A program made the translations under genes and the position numbers. DNA of 64,000 bases from Asterias rubens (Eukaryota): NCBI RefSeq assembly GCF_902459465.1, contig NC_047079.1:6200001-6264000 (forward strand). Direction: 5' to 3'. Position 1 is the first letter of the stretch. Each line of letters starts with the position of its first letter. The notes under the pieces are model-generated. The model made no database searches. It saw only the letters and a program-made list of their open reading frames with translations, and was not told where the DNA came from. This document shows positions 56,025-64,000 of this stretch, one piece after another.

Positions 56025-56240
56025 GCAGTTTGGCTGGTAACCTTATTCTGGTAAGCACAATTTTGTTATGCTTAGCTACTTTTGGTGCTTAAGCAGCTCT
56101 TTGAAATTGGGGCATGGTAGTTTGGCTTTCAACCTTATTCTGGTTAGCACAATTTTGTTATGCTTAGCTACTTTTGGTGCTTAAGCAGCTCTTTGAAATT
56201 GGGGCATGGTAGTTTGGCTTTCAACCTTAATCTGGTAAGC
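56025..56240. repeat. Tandem amplification (~92-bp unit, ~2.3 copies) of the right end of the CWG-type MITE
   Basis: Repeated ...cttaagcagctctttgaaattggggcatggtagtttggc. Confidence 0.75.
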
Positions 56241-56398
56241 ATAATTTGTTTTATGTTAAGCTATTTTTTGTGCCTAAATGAAAGTGGGCCCTCGTTGCTA
56301 CACTTTGATTTCCTTATTGTAAACTGTTTACATGGATCGATTACCTTAAGAAACCGCACACTTTTAACGATCCAATCTAACAGTATTATCACCGTATT

Positions 56399-56629
56399 CC
56401 GGTTTCGTACAGACGCAGGGCCGTGCCGCAGCAGCCTACACAAGTGGGGCTACCTTGCATCTCCGCTTTGTGATTGTGGAGAACCACAGACGATGCGCCA
56501 CATGATAGATGACTGCCCACTCTCTCACCTTGATGGTGGCATCAAAGCCCTTCACCTGGCTGAGGACCCAGCCGTAAACTGGATTATGGACTTCAAAACG
56601 AGATCTACATAGCATACGACATCATCATC
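56399..56629 (+). mobile_element. 5'-truncated non-LTR retrotransposon (LINE) 3' end
   Basis: ORF end RFRTDAGPCRSSLHKWG...PLCDCGEPQTMRHMIDDCP (CCHC-type knuckle), (CAT)n tail, 11-bp TSD atcaccgtatt at 56388-56398 and 56630-56640. Confidence 0.85.
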
Positions 56630-57398
56630 ATCACCGTATTAAAAACAACTCTATTGAAAGTGGAGCTTTGTCTCGCACTGACCCAGGAAGGTCATACCAG
56701 GAAGACATAAAATTGTCTTAAAATAAATCCAGTGCATAAAAACAAAATTCCCTTTTTATTTTGAAGTGACACTAGACAAAAAAAATAGAACAAAAAATTG
56801 CTTGTTGTTTTCAGTTTCTGCTCTTAAAAAAAAAATTCCCTTCATGCATTATGTTTATTGAAATTTCACTAAACCAATCGTTTTTTTTAAATGGCTGTTG
56901 TTGTCACTTTCTGCTCCAGAAAAAAAGTTTCCCCAGCACAGCACCCCCTGACAAGGTACAAGAAAAGTGTCTAAAACCCCTCGTTTGATCCCAATTAATC
57001 CCCCCACGCTGATTTCATCTAATAAAAAACAATTCAGTTATACAATGTTTTCCAGTTCTCATCAGAGCTCTGGAAAGTGAAAGAGTAGTTTGGTAATTCC
57101 CTTGATCCGTCAACTTCAAGATACACCCCCACAACCCCTGTTTGTTGACCCCTTGCCAACATCCTAGTCCACTTATACAACGAAATGTCCAGCTTGGCAA
57201 ATCTGAGCTGGACTCATGCCAGAACGAAATCCTCAAATCCTGCTAAAAAGTTCACTTGTTCAAGCAGGCATTGAATTTCGTTCCTGAAGGGACACAAAGA
57301 CAGTCCTCTGGTAAGGGGCATTTCTATGAGGAACATTTTAACTTGTATTGGATCTGTGCTAAGGGCACCACAGCAAAAGCACAGGGCACCATGAGAAT

Positions 57399-57570
57399 AG
57401 ACCGATCCATTAAGCTCCGCCCATTGCGTATTGACCAATCACAACGCAACAAAGGTCCCGTGCGTACGCGTATCTTGGCGCGCGTGGCAGAGTTGTGCAG
57501 AAAGGCGCTGGAGAGCCCCACGTGTTCTTGCTCACACGTGCGTCGTGGGCGGAGCCTACTGGATCGGTCT
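57399..57570. mobile_element. AT-flanked MITE, CpG-rich
   Basis: at|agaccgatcc...ggatcggtct|at. Confidence 0.8.
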
Positions 57571-58040
57571 ATTGCTGTGGGTGCCATGGAATATTTTGAG
57601 GCCTAGCAATTGGTTTTTGGAACTGTTTGGTTATTTTATACACGCGTAGATATATAACTAACATATATATGAAAATTTCATTTTCAAAAGATGATAGACA
57701 GCTACTTTTGGTTCTTACAACCAAATTTAAGAACAATGTTCTTAAAATAGTGCATGGTTTTTCACTATTCTCTCCTGACTCAATAAATTTACACAGGTTT
57801 GTTATTTCATGTAAAATTATGATTAATAGCACAAAACATTAACACTTTCTGCAACTGTTTTGTCATCTCTTACTAATACCTTAAAAACAGAGAGAGAGCG
57901 AAACCGAACACTGTCCAGCTTTTCAAATGCCTGACTGAGACCGAGACAATTCAACCTGGTCATCCATCTTCATTTCTACACTCTTCATTACTGAGGTGGG
58001 GTTCATTTTAGAAATGCACACGCCATTAGAGTCGAGATAC

Positions 58041-58363
58041 TAGTCTTGGTTCAAGACTCTCCTGGATTTGTCACAACAGGGCGCGCTATCACCCCCAACG
58101 CGCTATCAACCACGAACCGCTATCACCCAAAAACCGCTATCACAGGAGAGTCTTGGCACATTCGTTAAATCTCCCCCCCCAAAAAAAAGTGGCGGGCTCT
58201 GTGGGAAACCTACGCACGCGCATTATGTTTCCCCCCGATTTTGGGGGGAGATTTAACGAATGTTCCAAGACTCTCCTGTGATAGCGGTTCGTGGTTGATA
58301 GCGCGTTGGGGGTGATAGCGCGCTTTCTTGTTACAAATCCAGGAGAGTCCTGAACCAAGACTA
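58041..58363. mobile_element. Nearly fully palindromic fold-back element
   Basis: tagtcttggttcaagactctcc / ggagagtcctgaaccaagacta; arms match over ~110 bp. Confidence 0.8.
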
Positions 58364-59403
58364 TCGAAATACAAGCATCCCGCCCCTTGGTTGGCACACC
58401 TGCTTCGTGTAACTAATAGCACACAGTGAAGTGGTGTGGTCACATGATCATAATGATGATCTGTGGTGAACATAATATATATGCTACTTAAAGGTATAAA
58501 AGGACAAATTGCAGGCCTGATACTTCAAGGAGGCAACAAAGGCAATAGCCTCCGTGCCCCTAGTCATTGCCTTGGTGCCCTTGAAATGTTCCATTAGAAA
58601 TGTACAATTTCCTCATAGGGTGCCCTTTACCAAGGTGGGTGCCCTTTACCAATATTTTCACAAAAATTTCAAATCCATCCATGTTTAAGGAGGTGACAAG
58701 CGGGTATCTCTGGCCGCAACTTACGCAATTGAACAACCTTAAATCTGAGAAATGATTCATACATGAATCATTGCTCAAATTTGAATGTATTTTTGTGTGA
58801 AAATTTATCCAAATCCAAACCATATAATTTCAAAGGGAATCCTTTCTCAAAATAGTTGATATACAACTGTTATCAACAGCTGCAAGTGTTTTTCACCAAA
58901 TAGGCTTTTATGGTAATTCATTTTCAGAGTATTAACTGATCTACGACCCTACCTTTAAAAAAAGGAACAGAAACGCAGTTGATGCTCTTTCTGGTCTATT
59001 TCTAGCCATTCTGGAAAGATTTAAGTAAGTCGACTTGGAAAATAAAAATCAACACCAAGCACACAGGCAATATGATTCTGATGTAATTTACAAAGTAATT
59101 TTCTTTAACTCATCAAGTGTTGTCCACATTGCCCGTCTAAATTTTATCGATTTCATTACGATTATGCTCTCCTGAAAAAACCACAAGGCTCATCAAAATT
59201 GAGTTATAAACACATTTGTACTTTTCAACCGGTTGCCATGACCTGCAGAGAGACTGTATTCTATCAAGCAGAAAGATTGTCAGGCCGAGTACCGGGCAGA
59301 GCAGTGCCTTTCCTCCATGACGCTCCTCGCTACATCGTAGTGATTATATTAAATTATTCTGGATTAAAGGGATTTATAAAATCATCAGTACGCTAGACTT
59401 TAA

Positions 59404-59790
59404 AGGGATAGTGCACCTTTGGTTAATACTCCCAACAAGTTAATGACCATAAAAACTTACTTAGTAAAGAGCACTTACGAGCTGTTCAAATGAAAGTTGA
59501 TACAAATTTTTCCAAATGAAAGCCTTTGGAGTAATGTAGGTTTAGAGAAAAGGTAATTTTCACTCCCAAATATTTGAATCTGAGCAAGGCTTCAGGCATG
59601 AAGCCTTTCTCAGGCATCTGAAAGCTCACAATTCTAAGCAACAAGGGTGTTTTTTCTTTCATCAATTTCTTGCAACTTTGATGACCAATTGAGCCCAAAT
59701 TTTTACAGATTTCATATTTAATATGCATATGTTGGGACACACCAAGTGAGAATACTGGTCTTTGCAATTAACAAAAGTACACCCCGACAT
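59404..59790. mobile_element. TTAA-type MITE, degenerate right end
   Basis: Internal sequence shared with the 10649/48474/55494 family. Confidence 0.7.
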
Positions 59791-59849
59791 TAATTTCATC
59801 TTTAAAAGGAAGGGTCTGAAAGGATTTTGCTTGGCAATTTTCTGATGAA

Positions 59850-60045
59850 AATGCAAATTTGTGGGTAAGATTAAACCTCCATTTATACCTTTTTATAGTC
59901 CATTTCTTAACCAAGAGAGGTTTGTGTAGGGTCTTTTTCAATTTGCTTGGCACTTGTCTGGCGAAAAGGCAAATTTATGGGTAAGAGTACACCTCCATTT
60001 ATACATTTGTATAGTCCATTTCTTAGCCAAGAGATGTTTGTGTTA
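59850..60045. repeat. ~117-bp tandem duplication
   Basis: gcaaattt.tgggtaaga...cctccatttatac...atagtccatttctta twice. Confidence 0.8.
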
Positions 60046-60087
60046 ACTCCAGAGTATTGTTGGTTCAGAAAAGAACCGGTGGTTAAC

Positions 60088-60151
60088 GACTCAACATTTC
60101 GATCAGTATGCTCTGAGCATCTTCAGTAGAACGCTCTGATCGACTTCAGGA
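60088..60151 (-). ncRNA. Decayed hammerhead-ribozyme-like motif (family B)
   Basis: CTGAAGA-tgctcag-agcata-ctgatc-GAAA-tGTT-GAG; copy at 20537-20572. Confidence 0.45.
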
Positions 60152-63100
60152 TAATATCAAGTCCATTTCTTGATAACTAGAGGGCCAAGATTTTCATCAA
60201 ACAAAAACACAGACAAAAACCTCCCCTTTAAGGTCTTTAAGATTTAGGGAGAATTTTGTCAGGACCACTTTCTCCCAAAGGAGGTATATCAATAAAGACA
60301 GAGGAAGCCTTACATGTGTTTGATAAGCTAAGTGAGGAGAGAGGGGGGGGGGCCTTGATGCATGATTTGTAACGTGGCTCCATGCTTAAATCAAAAGTAC
60401 ATCACCCTTGACGTGTGAAATTTACTAGAAATAATCTGAACAGGAAATATGCAGCTTAGCATCATGTAGCGGCAATATATATTTTTTTTTAACAGGAACA
60501 TATATTGTTTTGAATGACACTTTGTTGAGCATGGTGTTACATCAACAAAGCATTTATGATTTATTCATACATGGTTCGAGTATTTTTTGTTATTATTTTT
60601 TTATTTTTGAATCGACCATCATCTTTTTCATTGTCAATGTTTTGTTATGAATAGTTTATATTTAGCACATACATGTGTCATCAATTTTGATGACACTTTA
60701 TATTTTTGCAAAATATACATGGTTTTTTTGTTATTATCAGAATAAATAAAAACCTCACATTTTGTTGCACTTGAACAAAACATTTCTACAATCACAGATG
60801 TGTTTTGTTTTGTTTCAAGCTCGCCGGAAAAGCCTTTTTTTTTCAATTTTGTTTTGTGTCTCCATCACAAACCTACGTAAAGGTTACTGACAATCAAATC
60901 AAATAATTCCAGAGGTAAACTTTGCACACAAATACAAAACAAAAACATGCTGAAAACGTAAACAACCAAACACACAAAGAAAAAATGTGCATCTCTTTCT
61001 GTATCCCCACAAGGAAAAATTTGCTGATCGTGCAAAGAAATTTAGTTACAAGTACGTGACGCAGGCAGAATTCAAGCGATTCTCGGAAGCAAGCAAGTCA
61101 TCATTTTTCACAAACGGCGCACAACACTCAGTCGCCCCCAGGTCATCTATTGATTTTTTTTTCTCCCAGCGTATCCTTCAAAAAACAACCAGTTCCTTTC
61201 CTCCATTGCAGCCCGTTGGAAAAGACGTCTGCAAATCAGCACCTCTCTTGTTTTTCTTGAAAGGGCCGGGGTTGGGGGGGGGGGGGGGTAGTATGAGTCG
61301 GAGACAGTGACAGATGCTTATTATAGTAGGGTTGATATATTCATTCGTAAATAAAGCTCTCTGCATAATCAGTGGGAAGCTGATATACTGTCTTCAAGAC
61401 AAATTTCTTCTGAAGAAGAAGGAGTTGGGAATATAAAGCTCGGTCTTAAAGACAATTTCTTCTCTTGTTTTTGAGAAGAAGAAAAAGAAGAAGAAATATC
61501 TCTGCATTGTCACTGGGAAGATGACACACTGACTTTTTCTTCTTTTGAGTTTTACAACAAAAAAAACACGACAAGGGATTGGTTTTCTTTGAAGTTTACT
61601 ATACACATGTAACTGTAAGAGTTTTCATCCATTATTGCACACAAGTATTGAGTAATTTATGCAAGCAGCCAACCAAAACAAATAAAAAAACACGGAGTGA
61701 TTGCCCAAAGATCTTTGATTTTACAAACAAAGCAAACTATTCTTAAAAGTGTCTTTGACATTTTCCCTCTCAAGAGATGCGAAATTTTGTGATATCCTCT
61801 TCTCTTGAAATAGCAATGACCGGCAAAACTGAAAATCAAGCCTAAATTTATTCATTCAGCCATTAATCAAAAACAACTCCATATCTTGTTACACGTACAG
61901 GTCGTCAACAACCACGCATTTTGTCAAAATTATTTGTTTTCTTCTTTTTTTTCCCACCAGCAACCTGATGATTAATTTTGTTTGAGTCACTTTGCAGACT
62001 TTACGCAGCGAGACAAAGTCTGATTAAATTGTGTTTGTTTACTGTGGCTGCGACTAGTTTGAATATTGACGTCTTAGGCACGTTGGGCGGAATCTGACGG
62101 GGGAGGCTTCTGGATTCTATCAAACAAACTCCGGACGATTTTAAAGGGCACTGGGAGTCACTTAAAGTGATGCTTATGTTTTCTTGTCATCTACATGAGA
62201 TTGAACTACAATCCTGGCCAAAACGCTTGGGCCACCAATTCCTAACGTTATATAAAACCATTCCCTGTCCACTTCCCACTAACAGTAAACATTGTCTCCC
62301 CCCCCCTCTCAATGTTGACTGTAACGCAGAAGACCGGCAATTGGAACCGACATTGAAAGGGGGCAGGGGGGCCCAACGAGATATGGCCAGGATTGTAGGC
62401 CCTTGATGTAAATTTGTTGCCACCCAAGAAAATACATGGGAGACTTGCAAAGTCTATTCACCTAAATGTAATTTACAAACTGTTCCCATAGCAACTGTAT
62501 TTCCCAACTAGAAGAGCCTTTTTTCCATAGATAAAAATAGTCTAGAACATCCCAAGGAATAAATATTCCCCGGCCTGCATCTTCGGGTCAAATTCAAGAC
62601 GAGACACTTGTGGAATATTCACCGGCCATTTGATGATAAACGGTTTGCATTTCAATCCCTCAGTTATACTCAATCCCAATCGCCATCACAGAACTGACCT
62701 CAACCGGTCTCTGCCCTCCGGCCGTCTTTCCAAATACATCTCTCATATCTTTATTCATTACATCACAGAGTGTAACTTGTCCGTCCGTCCGGAGACACGC
62801 CGCAGCGCACAGTAGTGGGGAACGTAATGATGTAAATACCGCCGAGGTTTAAATGTGGACCAGGGACAGTAAATTTTTGTCTGCTTAAAAATTCTCTCCT
62901 TCATTAAAATGTAACGACAAGCAGATTGAATACTTGACATTATCTCTGGAAGACTCTGACAGTAAAAAGACTTGCAATTTGATGGGATCTTCTTCAAATA
63001 TAAAGTGAAATCATACTTGTTTAACCATGGAGTGTTTTTTTAAATATTTGTTGTTGCCCGGGCTTCTGAATTTGATTTTGAGATGGTTTGAAGTCTTGAA

Positions 63101-63431
63101 AAATAGAAAAATTCAACAAAAAGACACGTTTAATTTCAGTTTTAAATGGCAGTGTAAGACCTTGTTGACAACTCTTTTCCCTAATATTCAAGACTGACAT
63201 TCAACAAAAATTCACGGCAAATTTAACCAAATTCCAACCCCCCCCCTTTCTTACCAAAATATTTATTTTTGCTATCCTGCTTTGACTGACATCTGATTGA
63301 GAACAAAAAATCCCCAAACAAATTTTGTTTGAATAAGACAGGGCAAGGAAATCCGTATCTTAAAGATGCAAATCAACATTTGAAGTAACGTCCGCACTTG
63401 CCTTACTTAGCCAAGCCCCTCGTGCTTATGT

Positions 63432-63710
63432 CATGATGACTAACGTCACGGCTTCGTGTCGGTTGGGCTTGGCATTTCAAGCAAGAATTAAAGGCACATT
63501 ACAGAATTGGTAAGAAAAAACTCATCTAAGATCACAGATTTACATCAAATTTACACGGTCTAATGATGATGATAATAGAAAATATCCCTTGAAATATTTC
63601 TGTCTGAAATGTCAAACTAATTTCTCGTTTGGGGTTTATCGCTCAGTGAACATTTTATTCATTTTTTTTTGCATCGATCTCATGCAAAACGTGTAATCAG
63701 TTTTATTGAC
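63432..63710. mobile_element. Partial copy of the 54359 MITE
   Basis: ttaa|aggcacattacagaatt and shared internal sequence. Confidence 0.7.
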
Positions 63711-64000
63711 AGGTTTTGAACGCCCTAATCAAGCAAACATCAGCGACCCTTCATCATGAAATGACTTTCTTGGGCAGTTGCAATAAATTTGACCATTGAT
63801 TCCTTTAAGGCTCCTCAAGATGTACCCACGTATTTCCCCGAGAACCGACGCTCTGGAATAATAAGAAGCACTTGAACCTCAACCATCTCAACGAAGTATT
63901 GTTATTAAAATAACATCAAGTGGGGATAAAATAATGAGGAATTATTCACCCCTCAAATCATCTTCTCTTACAAAGCAGGATTTTAGTCTGGGAAGATGAG

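Noticed and set aside
61236-61255. REST/NRSE site
   Set aside because: Only the TCAGCACC half is present; no GGACAG half

Overview
Eukaryotic, AT-rich genomic DNA (about 36% GC, estimated by eye). The repeat content suggests an echinoderm or sea-star-like invertebrate, which is an inference. The window is dominated by one multi-exon gene on the minus strand, a kinesin-3 of the KIF1A/KIF1B/unc-104 family. I traced 34 GT-AG exons by hand from 49178 down to the stop at 7180. They total 4779 nt (1592 aa plus stop), all junction phases are consistent, and they cover the motor, neck coil, FHA, coiled coils, KIF1B/DUF3694 region and C-terminal PH domain. The first ~60 aa of the motor (KVAVRVRP...FDYSYWSH) were not found, so the gene is 5'-partial. 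The most interesting signal is a hidden alternative-splicing layer. It includes a pair of duplicated, mutually exclusive exons (25451-25541 / 24742-24835) and an in-frame 21/9-nt microexon at the K-loop boundary (43765-43785). It also includes three in-frame phase-1 cassette or micro-exons (78, 18 and 45 nt) in the 7.2-kb intron before the cargo tail, candidate internal first exons, and three places where a splice site plus exon edge has been tandemly amplified. The introns carry many non-autonomous DNA transposons (TTAA, CWG, TWA and AT target-site types), tRNA-derived SINEs, a truncated LINE with a TSD, decayed hammerhead-like motifs, fold-back palindromes and an RFX X-box cluster.
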